DNA of 64,000 bases from Balanoglossus misakiensis (lineage: Eukaryota; Animalia; Hemichordata): NCBI GenBank assembly GCA_040954595.2, contig CM082591.2, forward strand, positions 458,518 through 522,517, given 5' to 3'. The notes below the pieces were generated by a model. That model made no database searches, was not told where the DNA came from, and saw only the letters and a program-made list of their open reading frames with translations. The number at the start of each line of letters is the position of its first letter. The first letter of the stretch is position 1. This document shows positions 1 to 13,966 of this stretch, piece after piece. The position numbers and the translations under genes are program-made.

Positions 1-3000
1 ATTTTATACTAGATAAATGGAAGCAATACAGGAAAAAAAACACAGCTGATAGAATAGGACAAACTAAAGGTTTCATACCTTTCTGTCAACCATCTTCCAT
101 GAACTTCTCCATAGCATCTGGTCTGATAGATACCCATACAATACCAGTACGTACATGCCTGAGTACCTACATGATTAAAACATGAAGCAGATTCTTGCAT
201 CAATAAAATGGAAATCATTTTTTTTTAATTGACGTAGGAAAATACTAGAAAATAAATCTTCATTTTCATGCGTGCATTGCTCAATAATATATATACTTTA
301 AACATTTTCAATTGCTGGGATATCAGCTTTTATGTTAATTCACTGTTTCCTTTCGTCCTTGAAAGTCGAATATCGTAACATAGCCCAAGGGTATGCAGAG
401 AATGCACATTTCGACAAATTACATTGAACTTAAAATATGTGTTTGCTGTCTTTAAGACTTGAATTTCAATCTACTGAAATCGAAATATGATTGTTATCAG
501 TCTGCAATTCTTGCAAGGACTGTGCTCGTGGCCACAATCAATGCATCTCGATTGACACAAAAGATGACTTTGCTACTTCTTAATCGGAATACAAAGACAA
601 TCCATTTGGAAAATTGCAGATGGACGGTCAAACGGGATTCGTCACAGCAAGTTGTTAAAAGCTTTTGGTCACCTCGAGGCTATAGGTTTTATATGCACTA
701 AGCGATGAGCTGATCGATTTGCCGCGCAGTCAGATTGGAAACGTAATCGATCAGGCTCACCTTGATGTCTTGATGTGATGGTATTGATATGCACACGCAC
801 AGGGATGGGGGAGAGAGAGTGAGAGAGTGAGGGTATAGTGTAGGTGTGGGGTTTCTCCAGGTGGGTTAATTTGTAGGAAAGCAAGCAAACAAGGACACCT
901 ATTGATTTCCATGATACCGATTGTTGAAACCTTTTGGATGTGTTGATTCTATTGATATGGATGTCACCCGACAACATTTGATTTGTGATTGATTTTTCGC
1001 ATATCTTTGTTGAATCTGAGGTGGTTTGAAACTCTATTTTAATTACATTTCTCCTAGTACGTATTTTTGTATTTAACTTGCGAGTGATTTTTAGTTTCAT
1101 CAGACCCATCAATTAAGTATTGTACATTAAGAGGAACTTTGTATCTAAAATTATCTGACCAATGTATTGCGCATTATTAGTTAGCATCTTGGTATGTATA
1201 TTGGAAACTCCCTTTTGCATGCTGGAGTACCACAAGATCTTCATAAACTGACCTATTTCTTGTACATTTTAAATTGGATACACTGAGCCACCTGGAAGCC
1301 TAAATTCTAAATTTGCTTTGAATGCCAAGGTATCAGGATCCTCATTCTGTCTTTCGAAACTATCTAACTTTACATTTGTTACCTGCAGCTCAATCTTTAG
1401 ATCACCATGTGCAAAACATGTTAGTTGTTGTATCTTCAATAGAAAATGTACATCAGTTACTGGATATTTGTGAATCGCACGCTAGGAGAAGAATTTTTGC
1501 CTTTTGTTGCCAACTAGCACAAACGGCAACCACAGGAGGTCACAAGGCAACAAGTAGGACACTTATTCTGTGATGTATTTCCGTTCCATCTGTAGAAACC
1601 CTCATCAAATGGGGACTGGGCAGCGTTGGGAAAAATGATTTCAGGTTCAATTACAGCCAAATGATAGAGACACTGAACACATACATGTACACAAGATCTA
1701 TAACGAAAAACAACTGTGAGCCAATTGTTATTCAATGCTATTTCTTTGGTTTCATCATCAAGTTTCGCACAAGATGAATTTCCTGCAAGTACGACTCCCT
1801 ACTGAACGTCTGTATTTCGTGTAATAGTCTCTCTGGGGTTCTTAGGATCTTGCGTGAGGTCACGTGAATCGTCTTGACAGTAGAATTCTGCCGAGGGATA
1901 AAAGATTGTATTTCCCGCAGATAAGCTTGCTCTGAAGAGAAATGTAGATTCACTTTTACCTACATATAGAAATCAATAAGGCGAACCCCTGGGCAATTTT
2001 CGGTTAACCCTGTGAGGCTTCCAGAGATTTATAACATGTAATTACCTTTGCTTGCAGTCATGGTTATGCCAGAGCTCTGGAACTCTGACAGTCAACCGAA
2101 CTAGTTGGGTTTGCTACTTATGGAAGGAATTCAAAATTTCCCTCAACTTTGTGGCACCCTTAAGTTTAATCTACTGTATTTTTGTCACCATTAGGCAATC
2201 GCACTAACATTCAAAGTATAATACTCTGACTAACTGGTAGTAAACTGTCTCAAATACTCTTTATATTCATTACTTTACTTGGTTGGAATGTATACTTGAT
2301 ATGTCCTTATAAAAGACAGGTGCATTACTTGAAATGAGGCCAAATCTGAACTTCACTTTCCTAATATTGATTATTCGGTACAAATGCAATATTATCAAGT
2401 TAGCTATTACAGACAGGTGTGTTTGAACAGTCTTTACTTTGTCTCAGAAAAATAAAGCAACAACAAGAAATGTTATAGCTATGTGTCATTTCTTGTTAGC
2501 CTTGTCACATGTGATGTGAATGCTGTTCTAAGTCTGCAGTGCAGCCTTGAAATGTATATACGCTCCAAGTGCAATCTATGAATGCAAAATTATTTCCAGA
2601 ACGTGATTTTAGTATTCCATCATGTTTTGAACACATGTAATATAAAGCATACTGGTACATATAAGCTGCCTTCAGGGGATCCTTGTGTTCATAAGTATTT
2701 CTGCGGTTTTGAACACAACTCTAATCAATGTCGCAATTCTTGGACGAACTCGAGGCCTTGCAAGCATACGACTTAGTTGCCCAGTATACTAATCATTATA
2801 ACAGATGCATGTCCCATCGGCTGTGAAATCGCTGATTCACATTTAGAATTTCATGCAGAAATTTTGATCATTAGCGTCATACTGTACCACATGCCGCAAA
2901 CAAGGTTTATTGAGTGAGCCATGCACAATCTTCCGGTCTGTGCTTTGCGCAAAAATACTCTGGTTCTGCATTATAAGTGGCCAACAAATCAAGCTAAAAG

Positions 3001-6000
3001 AATGTCGTAAAGGCTTTTATTTTTCATGGGGAACACAGCATATTCCTAACAATAAAACCATGCTAATGTTGACTAGAAGCACGATAGAGAGTAAATACTG
3101 TACGTTGTATTAAGATAGTCTCCATAACATGTTAAGGCTCAGGCAACAAACAACTGATTTGGCTTCAATAAGGTTGTCTTATTTTTAATTACTATATATC
3201 CATGGAAAATTGAATAATCCAAGAGATAAAACCTATACAGACAAGGACTCACTAGTCCGACTCAAAATATTGTTCATATAAATTTTGATCACGTACAACA
3301 CCAACCTACTATATATCAGAATGACATCATTGCGTTTCCGCGATCAAATATTTGCTAAAATTGCATTTCTGATTGTTCGACCCTATCACAGTGCTTCAGT
3401 AATCACACTGTCCAAATTTTGCATTACTGTTGAACTGGTCTTCTTCAGAAATGGTGCTTTCTTGATATACATGCTTCAAACCCTATAATGGTTATTTGCA
3501 AATGGTCGGCCCACTTGAAAACTACATTCCGTGGATGAACTTCCAGAGGTCGCTTGCGTTCTGTATTAGAGATATCCTCCAGAGGTATGTTGTTTGTTGA
3601 GTGCAGTGCAATTAAAAGCAGAGGAAGTAAGTGGATGATCTAACCCACCATCTTGAAAGGTCATTGTGGTACAATATACTGCCTGACGTTTTAACAACAG
3701 AAACATCATTCTCCCTGAGTGAAAGATTACTTTCAATGACAGCATAGAATTCCTGGAGAAATACATGTCGTAAAAAGTGACAACTAAAAAGGATGTTCGT
3801 CTTGTCAAGGATAGTGCCATTCACCAACATTGATATCGATGATGTACGTCTGTGTGTATTTCTACATCTTGTGTTGTTGGCACATAAAACCTAATTTTGC
3901 CCTGCAAAAGGTATATTCTACTTAATCCAGAATTGTCTAAAAGTCTAAGAAACATATGGTTTGTAACAAATACAAGTCTAGACTTCCTTTAACTTGTGTG
4001 AACAAGAATATTCAAACCAAAGGACAATGAGAACAACGGATACCAGGTCAGATATCGATCACTTAATCATTGTTAGGATCGATCACACTTCAAATGGTAC
4101 TAGTAAGATGTCCGTCAAAGAGAAGACCTTGCCCTAAAGTATTCCACTTTACATTCAGCTCAGCCAAGTGCTGTCTAGCACCTTAAATAACTCTAATCCG
4201 TCATCGTAACCCTTTTAATGGCTGATATGGACACTCAAGACTGTCTGTCTTTATACAATTGTCACAACAACTGTTGAATGACAAATCGCAAGTGTCAAGA
4301 ATTGGGGGTGATAACATTCATAAAACTATCTCTTAAACTAAATGGTTAGCCAGAGGAGAGAAGACTTTAATATCCATCTTAGACTGAGTATTTAGAGACA
4401 AGGACGTCGTGAAAATCCATACATGAATTTTGCTTTGACTGTTTAAGTTAAGTGAGACTGACCCACTTTCATTTGCACTCAATTATTGTAAATGCTTTTA
4501 AAGTAGTGATGGAAAAATCCGTTAGATAGCATTTGTAGCCGAAGCTGGTCTCATATCATTCTTATAACTTCAACTAACGATCTTATTGTGGTGGTCATGT
4601 ATACCTTACAATGATGTGGCTAATAATATAGTTTGCCTTGCAGCTCCAGAAAATACATTTACGTGTCCCTGCAGTTTACTTGTGGTGAATGATCATGATG
4701 AAAAGGCCATGAATACACTCTGTGTCTATCCTGAAAATCAGTGATATTCAAATGATCTATCTGATTGCTATTGATGAAAACTAATAACTGATGTTTTATT
4801 CTTCCAGTCATAGCTAAAACAAAGGAAAGTCCCTCAAATGATGAGAATATTCTTGATTGCTAGAAGGGCATTGTTGTAACCAAGCAACAGTGCTATCTTA
4901 GTTAGTGAGATTAACTGTTTGTATGTTCATCTAAACGTCTTCAGGGACATTATCTGCTGTATAACCTGTAAGATAGCTAATATCTCGGTGCCAGTAGCAA
5001 TGTGATGCTGCAATAAACATGGGCCAAAGGTTGACTGTCAAGCCTATTTACCAAAGAAAAATTCAACTTGAAGAGTAAGCGTGTTATTCTACAAATCAGA
5101 ATTCAAAATTACGTTTCAATGTCATCAAATACAGATAGCTATCCAATTTCAATACCATCGGTCATTCCAGAAATCGATCAATCAATCAATCTATCATGTT
5201 TGAAACAACATTGTTGATGTTATATTAGAATATCTTGAAATAGACCAATGAATATACACCAAATGTGCAAAACTGTGGTAAATATATGAATCGGTTGCCT
5301 TATTAAAAAGGTGCTTGTGTTGGTTTTTATCTTTATGATAAGGCTACTATGACTGTCACGTTTCTCTGAATTTTTTTTAATGTACTTCTACTAAATATCC
5401 ATGAGATGTATTCCTCTTCCTGAAAAGGGAAGCTGAGAATCAGAAAATAATCTGAGGAGAGAAAAAATGCAAACAGTTCCGTACAGAAGCCTTATTGAGC
5501 CTATTTCTCATATACGTTTACTCAGAGGCATGTACCAAGAGATAAGTCTGAGATATTCATCAAGATTTTATCTCACATACGAGTATTAGCCGTCTTTAAG
5601 TCTAATGGAAGGTAAATTGCTACTATATATAGATTGATCATCTGAAACAGTTATATGCCCTATGAAGGAAATTCTGGAATCATGGTCTGCATCACCAGTT
5701 GACAAAATGTATAAAAGTAAACTAAATGTCAAAGGATTTACTAACTGTATCGCCACGGAAGCCAACAGATGGAATTTGTGGCAGATATTGGACAGAAGGC
5801 TACATCAGTTGTGTATTCAAACTAACACTTTGTAGGCCTGTACCTCATGTTCATGAATTAGTACCTACTTCTCTAAAACTCATTTATTTTGAGTCTTGCC
5901 GATTAATAGAAAATGATTTAAAACTGATTTCCAGCTCATTAAGTTTACATAATGTATTGGCAAAACCTGAAATTCACTCGTAACCCATTTCTCATCTAAT

Positions 6001-7207
6001 CCATCAAACTGGTTCAAAAACATTTATGCTCCAGTTTGAGAATTGATAGAAAGGTTATTAATGACTCGCCGCTGGCTAGGATTTTCGCATTGAACTTGCA
6101 AAGTCTAAGAAATGTTCTCCACAGTAACAAGATTGATACAGGGTTAATCACGAGAGACGGATATACAAATTTCATATGGTAATGTCAGCAAATTAGCGAT
6201 TAGTATATATGAAACAGCTCAAATTTCTACTGTAAACTTAAGAGCACTGCTCTACTATCTTTCCAGGTAACATATTAACTGAGGCAGTACAGGAAAAACC
6301 TAATCTGTGCTTCATGCCATGTAACGGATATTCATTTTAATGGTGTCTAAGTTTGGCAAATCGAAATAACATCTGTGGGCGTCAGTGATAGGTTGCGTTC
6401 GAAATGTTTCCCCGCATTTTGAATTAATTGGGTTTTGTAGTGGAATTATACACTACATCCTTTTGAAATGAAATGCCTTGCGGGTAAGGTGTGATGGATT
6501 TATAAAATCCATTCACGTTCAAAAAAATATTGTAGTTCATATGTGGTGAAAACGTACTCTGTGAGATCTCTCAATTTTAATATTCCATTCAGTGTCAAAG
6601 ATCATGCTCATTACGTACCTTCTCGACGAAACCTTGTGAGCAGGTTGATAAACATTATTTCTATAATTATCTTCATTTTACAATTTTTAGTGATGCCATG
6701 TTGGGGCTAATTAAATTAAATTACATTAGTGTGGTTTGTAATCAAATGCACACATAACTTTAATTAAATACAAAATTGGAATATTATATTTTTACCATGG
6801 CTTTATGGGGTAGAAATTAGTTTTGCTACAGCTTCAGCTACAGCTTCAGCTTCATGAGATAAAAATTAAATTAATCTCAATGAAAGAATGTTCGACTAGG
6901 CAATTGCCTGTCTTTAAAACAAATTTAACTGTGATATTACTTACATAATGTCACTTTGGAAAGTTTCGAACATTTGTCGCAATATCTTTGATTTTATTAT
7001 AAGACCTGGATTTTCACTCGCCTTTACCTCATTTAAGATATTTTCCTCTATACTGGACTTAAATAATGAAACAGTTTGTATTAATCTGATCGCTTCACTC
7101 TGTAAACCCTCAGGATTTTGCGGCATATTTACTTTTGATCGGTTTGCTGGGAGTTGGTTTATTTACATCACGTCACTTACAAATAATAACTGTACAGTGT
7201 GTGAGTA

Positions 7208-7268
7208 GTATGTATGTATGTATGTATGTATGTATGTATGTATGTATGTATGTATGTATGTATGTATG
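7208..7268. repeat. (TATG)n microsatellite, ~15 units
   Basis: Direct read of tatgtatgtatg... Confidence 0.95.
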
Positions 7269-10200
7269 TGTATGATGGATATATGACAACTAAACTTTTG
7301 TTAAGTGCAGGCAATCATATAGCACCAATAGCGTGACGATTTTGAAATTACAACTTCCATGCTGTGATTGTTTGCACCAAAGTTTTTACCTTAGTTTCAT
7401 AAGCAGCGTGTGTTTTTACGCACAACCAGTCGTTTCTAAAAGCTGCTGGCAATTTTCTACATCATCGTGACAGCTGCATGATACCCGGTTAACAGAAGAC
7501 ATTATCTCTGTTAGTCACAGCGTCCTGACACTATAAATCATGTGTACTTTACAGAATTGCTACAAGTCAAATGACGTAATGCCAGACACCAGTGATTGAG
7601 TACTTGTTAATTACAGTTGATGTAGAACAAAATAGCCAGACTGCACTGACACACTAAAAAGCCTTGGCTTCATCCATGTACTTTCTTCCAATGTCTATAG
7701 ATTGATTAGTTCAAACGCTATAAACACATTATTGATAATAACTTTTAAGTTAGGTCATTTGGCATTTATTTTGAGCCGGAATGATGTATGAATTCTGCCA
7801 TCTGTCTTATTCTGCAGTTTAGTGTCAACCGGTAAGAATTCAATTCTGTTCAATAAAATTATTGATTTCGCAAAATAGTGTAAATTTGTTGTCGACCCAA
7901 GTGTGTATCAGGCAAATTATCATCTAACTATGGCAGGTCATTCTCATCCAGTCAAAATAACATGTGATTTGGGGGAAGTTTTTTGTTGGTTATTATGCAG
8001 CTTACAGATAACGAAAGTAACCTCGACCACACTGTATTTTTTTCAGCTGACTTACAGATTACTATCTCACTTAAATCAATCAATCAATCAACCGACAAAC
8101 CAAGCAAACACAATCATTCTTTGTTTGAAATTTTCCTGCAAGCTTTCAAAAACAGTATTGAAGACTCGAAATCTGACTTAACTGCTCAATATCTTCGACC
8201 TTTCAGAAGAATATGTTGCCATTCGCAATCAATACCGGTACTTATTTTATATCCCTTGATGAAACACCTGATTACCGGTAAACATTGGATTAGTAAAATA
8301 TGAAAACATCTCTATTTTTCTGTGCCATCTGGCGTTTAAGCAAAACTGTAAAGACAGCAAAGGTGAATTAGATCATTTACAGTTGGTGTAATCCAAAAGT
8401 GACGAAAGCTCTCGAGGAAAGTGGAAGACATATTATAGAGATTTTTGTGGGAAAAGCAATCTCCTCACAGTTTGTTGTCCGGAAATAGAACCTTGCAGTG
8501 TTAACACTCGTCCTCTCAACCATTTCCTAATTCGCCTAAAATATAGTCAAAGATAAAAGCTTTTCCTGGCAGGGAGTTTAAAGATGTACATGTACCTGCA
8601 AGTAAAAATCACAAACTGCAATAATCGGGTCCCAAATTTTACTATAATTAAAATGGAGATGTCAAAAAAATATAACAGTATTACAGGACAGATCTACAAA
8701 ATTATCCGTCAGAGAGTGCCTTGAATGAAAATTATCAATCAATCACTACCCCGGTAGATATCCGTGTGCACTGCACTGATATAGAATATTTTGTCTACAT
8801 GAAAGTGGTCTGCGAAAGGTATAGGGTATGATCACGCAGTGTACAGACATACATAGCTAGATCATTCAACTAAGAATTTGGGGGGGATTCAACCTTTTCT
8901 TCTTAGATCACTGTAGGGAATCACTGACCTGGATGGATCAATTGAGTTTCATCTCAGACATATACTGAGCGCAAATTGCATGGAGACTCGACAGTGAGCT
9001 AATGTTCAGCAAATGGGGAAAGTACATTTATTTAATCAGGCTTTTAAGGTGCAATGAAGCAGTAGGCCACTCTTGCTCTGAGCATTCTCCTTTGACATGA
9101 GCCAAGATATGAAGTAGGTTCAAACCAAAGGAGAGCCCGTTTTGGGATTTTCAATACAACACTGATGGGATTGTCTGTTTTGAAAACATCCAGTACAACA
9201 ACATTATGTTAATACTCATTCACTTGATCTCTCTTTAGTGTAATGGAAACTTCTTAATTTTAACTTGCCTGAGAAACAATACTCAGGAAATTAAGGTAAT
9301 AAACAAATTTCCTTAGCACATTCAAATTCTTTTCAACAAGCCGAATAAGACCTTGCTAGTACCGGTACACCAACTGCATAAGTTATGGATCTTCTTTTTC
9401 TACAGACAGACAGGTTGATTGAAGTTAATGGCGAATGAAGCACAGCATTATTCTTACTAGTGCCTTTTAAAAGGCCAAATCTCATTTGAATTTCAGACCT
9501 TGTATAGGAATCTATTGAGTAGCAAAAAGAAGATTAAAGCTTTGAGTGTCATGATAGTGCTTGAACTATGTAGCACGCTAAAGCCTTTCTGTCTGTGTTC
9601 ACGTTCTTTTACTCAATACATTCTCTGCATTGTGTTCTGGACATCAGCATACATGTGACTTAAGATAGTTATATAGGCAACAGTCACTCCACGCACCTAA
9701 CGCTGAGCATGTCTGTGTGCAATTCTTTTACTTGGTTTATTTTTGGCGTCAAAGAAGCTGTTCAGTGTACGTGAGCTGGATGACACCATTTTCGGTCACC
9801 GCAAAATATATGCCGGTACAAGGGAAAGCCCTCGTTACATAAATGCAGCTATTTGAGACACTTTTGCTGAATGTTAATAACCATTTGGGTAGATTTGCTG
9901 CTTGTAGATTAAAATTTCCGAAGGCTATGCTTACCGTTCCTTTTTACAGAGTTTATGTATAATACATGTACTTTGCAAAGATGAGGTTCATCGATTATTT
10001 AGTTCAAAAGATACCCAAATACATTGTAGTTTGGACTGAAACTGATCTTGATCATTGAGTGTATCACCTGAATTAAAAAAATGTTCTGAATAGAGTTTTA
10101 AACTTTTATGGTATCAAACAAGACCCTGACGCAGTTGCTCTATTGTGGAATGTAGGTCATTCCAGGATGAAAAGTCAACCAACTTGAAATAGAAGGCTTG

Positions 10201-13200
10201 CTTGTATATTTGCTGGTGAATTATGGCCACTTAATTAAAGAGAGTCTATGTTGGAAAATATGAAAATGAAATAAAATATTTTTGAAATATGAACAGTTAA
10301 GATCAAAGTAAATCACGCAGAATTGTAGTGGCATTTTTGTTGTACATATACACTCAACTGTCGCCAGACACCTTACACAGCAAGTTCAGGCATTGCAAAT
10401 GGTTTATCGATTTCATTCTTGACTTAATAGTCTCAATTACAGCAGTACAGTTATTGTGATCATGTATCCCATCCGAGCAAATCACAAATCATTGCCTTCT
10501 CTAGCTCATTTTTTTCGATGAGAAGAGTTCTGTACACACAAGATGTGTATGATAGGATAGTTTGTGCTACAACTTACAACGATGCTGAAATTCAGGTAAT
10601 AATGTACCATAACCTGGATAAACGTCATCATTTTCATGTTACGAGGATCCTAAGGGGGAATTTACGACCTGACCCCAAAATAATGAGTTTGAAGCTGAAA
10701 CCGGCCGTCTGTGGCGAATCAATCACTTTGATACAAAGGCGGGTTGGGTGAGGGGGTGGGGGTGGTTGTTGTAGCATTGAGATAAGTAAACTAAAGCCGG
10801 ACAGCTTCTGATATGTTTATCTTACAAATTCCGTTCGATATTTTTTGCAAGGCAATGTGGCAAAGTATTCAGTGGTGTTTTGCAACTGGCTTGGCAACTG
10901 AGTCTTGTGGAAAACAATTGTTAAGCACAGATACTAATGAAACAGAACTCAGTGACCTTCTGTGTAGATGGGCAGGCACCCCATTAAATGGAACTGCGAC
11001 TCAAGAATAGAAATGTGCCCACAATACTCATGTCCCATGATAGCAACTCAAAAAGCATGATTAATTATGTACACAACTCTGTTGGCAAATTAATTACTCG
11101 GGCGAAACAGCTTAACTTTTGACATTTCATTGTTTGTGTTCAGCAGTGAAAACCCCACTTCTTGTTTTACCCCAAGGCATTCTAAAATACTCGATATTTG
11201 TTAACACAATTAAGTGTTGTGTACAAAATGCATTGTTGTATACGCAACTGATGCCTTCAAGTCCTGTCTTACACTTATAGAACAAATACAGAGATCCACA
11301 AACCAAATACTGGACATTGCGAATGTTCTAAAGACTCCAACTTCGACAAAACCGTCAAACAAGTCATCTATTCCTTTCACGGCAGCTTAAATGTACCAGG
11401 CTTTAAGAAAACTATTTTCTATCATTTGAATGGGTTAAAGCCCTACCAACTTTGGTAAATTACTCTTGGTAATCATTATTATCTTGCTGGTTGGTGTTTG
11501 GCCAACAAGAGGGACTTGCTTTATTTACAGAGCACAGCTAGGATTCACATATAGAACCAAGGGTTGTTCACGCACGGTCAACCGTGCGGAGAACAAGCAG
11601 CAAGTGTTATATACTGCTGCATCGTAGAACACTGGAAATATGCCCAGGGCAACCTGCACTGATGAGCAATATAATAGAGAGAAAAATAGTCGTTCGATAG
11701 TACTTGGCACTCAATGTACTAAATTGCTTATTGAAGAGCTCTATTTTTGTGATTGACAAACGACCATTATCGAATAAAGCAAGGTACATAGCAATTACAG
11801 GGCCCTCTTCACACACCATGTATACCCCACGTACATCGTTGTAAGAAGTGAGTTATAGACTTGTGTAAATCTCTGTTGCTCAATTGTTTTCACCATATTT
11901 TAACAATTTGCCATTTTAATGGGAGAATAAGGAGACTAATACAAAAGCTATATTGGAAGGTTTTCTACTGACGTAATAGTGAATAAATCAGTCGATTCTA
12001 CGTCGGAATCGCTGTTTGTTATAAACGGTGATAGCTGCTTGCATCAAGATAATTGCTGCCAAAACTTCAGTGACAGATTTCTCAGCGACGTATCTCCCTA
12101 GAAATATCTACAGATCTATCTGCCTGTACTCCGTTTAATGTGCATTTGCTCTTTTATCAAATAACTAATGGGAGCATATTCAGTTCACATCTGATTTTTT
12201 TCTGGTTATTTGAAGTATCTTGTGTAATCATTGTGATCATGTGTCTTTTTCACTCTCTGATCATCCATCTGCTTGCATGCTAGTTATATATCAGCGATTG
12301 TAATGAAGTGAGCAACCGAGTAGCTATATAGTGCGTGTGTATGTCTCATTTGTCGACGTTGCATTCACTCGTAACTTTGTAAAATTGAAAACCGTGTGAC
12401 GGCCATGGAGACATCAAGATGTTAGTTGTGCAAGGGGATCACCTGAAGAGAGGAGTAGAGTGTGCAGGCAGGACTGTGACGTGAACGTGATTAGTTTCTG
12501 TAAAGAGTAAAACTACCTGGGGAGAGGTGTACGCTTCCTCTAACGGAATCGAGAAGGAAGTTGTATCCATGCACTACGGAAGTTAAAAGTAATGAGAGTC
12601 AAAGAAGGAAAAAGGGGGGAATAAAATGCACTTGGTAATTAATTGAACAGTGGTCAATTGGTCATACATTGATTGGTCAGAGGGTAAAAGTTCTCCTAAT
12701 AAATGATATAATTACTATAACTTTAGAATAAAGACATCATAAAGAGCCAATATCTTGCTGTGAATTAAGCTTTTTATCAGTAAGCATATATCATGTCATG
12801 TGGTTATTCTCCTATTTCTTATGTTACAGAATCAATTTGTTGGGATTTTGGTCTCCGTGTCAGACAATAGCCTGGGCACCGGGAACAAAGTACGCCAACG
12901 CAGCTGAATACAAATTGGGCAAAATATTCGCAGAGATAGGGAGTTCTGGATAACTCAAGCAGCAGATGAGATCGACACTTAAATCACTGAATCGTTCAAC
13001 CTCAGTGGCGAAGGTAAACTAGGGAGATGCTTAAATCTTGAGTGAACAGATTCGCGTTATTAGATTTACTGTCTGTTGACTAGCGGAGTTCGGTTTGCAG
13101 CGTCGGTGAAGTTTCACTGAGGGTAATGACACATTCGTAGATTCGGGGAGTTAAGAGCTTGTAACGTAAATTGTTCCATGTGGAACTTCTGACGTTGAGT

Positions 13201-13281
13201 AAGGCGCGTAGAAATAGTTTCAAGACTTTTAGGTAGTTATTTTCTTTTTGTACGGGAATGAGCAAGAATCTGTGAAGAAAA

Positions 13282-13966
13282 ATGTACGGCTTACTGATCG
13301 AAAGTATCTGTGAATATCTACGGGAACGATTTGGCGACGAAAAATGGATGATTATATGCGAAAGAGCCTCGATACAAAATCTGACATTCTCAACGCATCA
13401 AATTTACAGCGAGAAACATATCCCGCGCATTGCCTCTGCAGCCAGCGAAGTTACCTGCGTACACAAACAAGATTTAATGAACTCTTTCGGCATTGAATTT
13501 GTTGGTTTCGTCGGTAAGTACGGGTATGATCAGATCTTGCGTGTCTTGGGGAGGCATATGCGAGATTTCCTCAACGGACTTGACAACTTGCATGAGTACC
13601 TGCGATTCAGTTACCCGAAAATCCGACCGCCAAGTTTTTTCGCCAGTGAAGAGACTAGGCACGGCTTGACTCTACATTACCGCAGTAAAAGAAAAGGATT
13701 TCTACACTACTCAATCGGTCAACTGAAACAGGTGGGGAGGTCCTTCTACAACTTGGACGTTCAGGTTGAAGTGGTCTCTGAAGATTTTAAATCAGACAAC
13801 ACGTACTGCGCTGTCTTCAGACTCTACTTTGACAACAAGGAGTTTCGTGGAGACCTTGGTTCAACGTTGAGGATTCGTGAAACCTGGCATATCAAGAGCG
13901 ATGAATTTTTCGAATTTTTCCCGTTCTGTATTGTGTTTGACACAGACTTAATCATCCGTCACTTGG
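13282..13966 (+). CDS. sGC coding exon 1: complete H-NOX heme-binding domain plus start of PAS
   Basis: ORF 13282; proximal His104 (codon 13591-13593), YxSxR (Y133/S135/R137), Tyr143 (13708-13710); donor g|gtaagt at 13967. Confidence 0.95.

Noticed and set aside
12478-12490. Tandem ACGTG (hypoxia-response-element-like) upstream of the O2-sensing sGC
   Set aside because: A 5-bp motif is expected often by chance; no supporting evidence
1-12800. Many 60-147 aa ORFs (e.g. 669-1112, 1738-1953, 3566-3830, 7983-8303)
   Set aside because: No recognisable motifs, composition typical of random AT-rich DNA, and I could not build a phase-consistent exon chain; treated as intergenic or 5' region of the sGC
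12830-13281. Possible 5' UTR part of sGC exon 1 after acceptor-like ttcttatgttacag (12829)
   Set aside because: Plausible but untestable without transcripts; no upstream donor could be assigned
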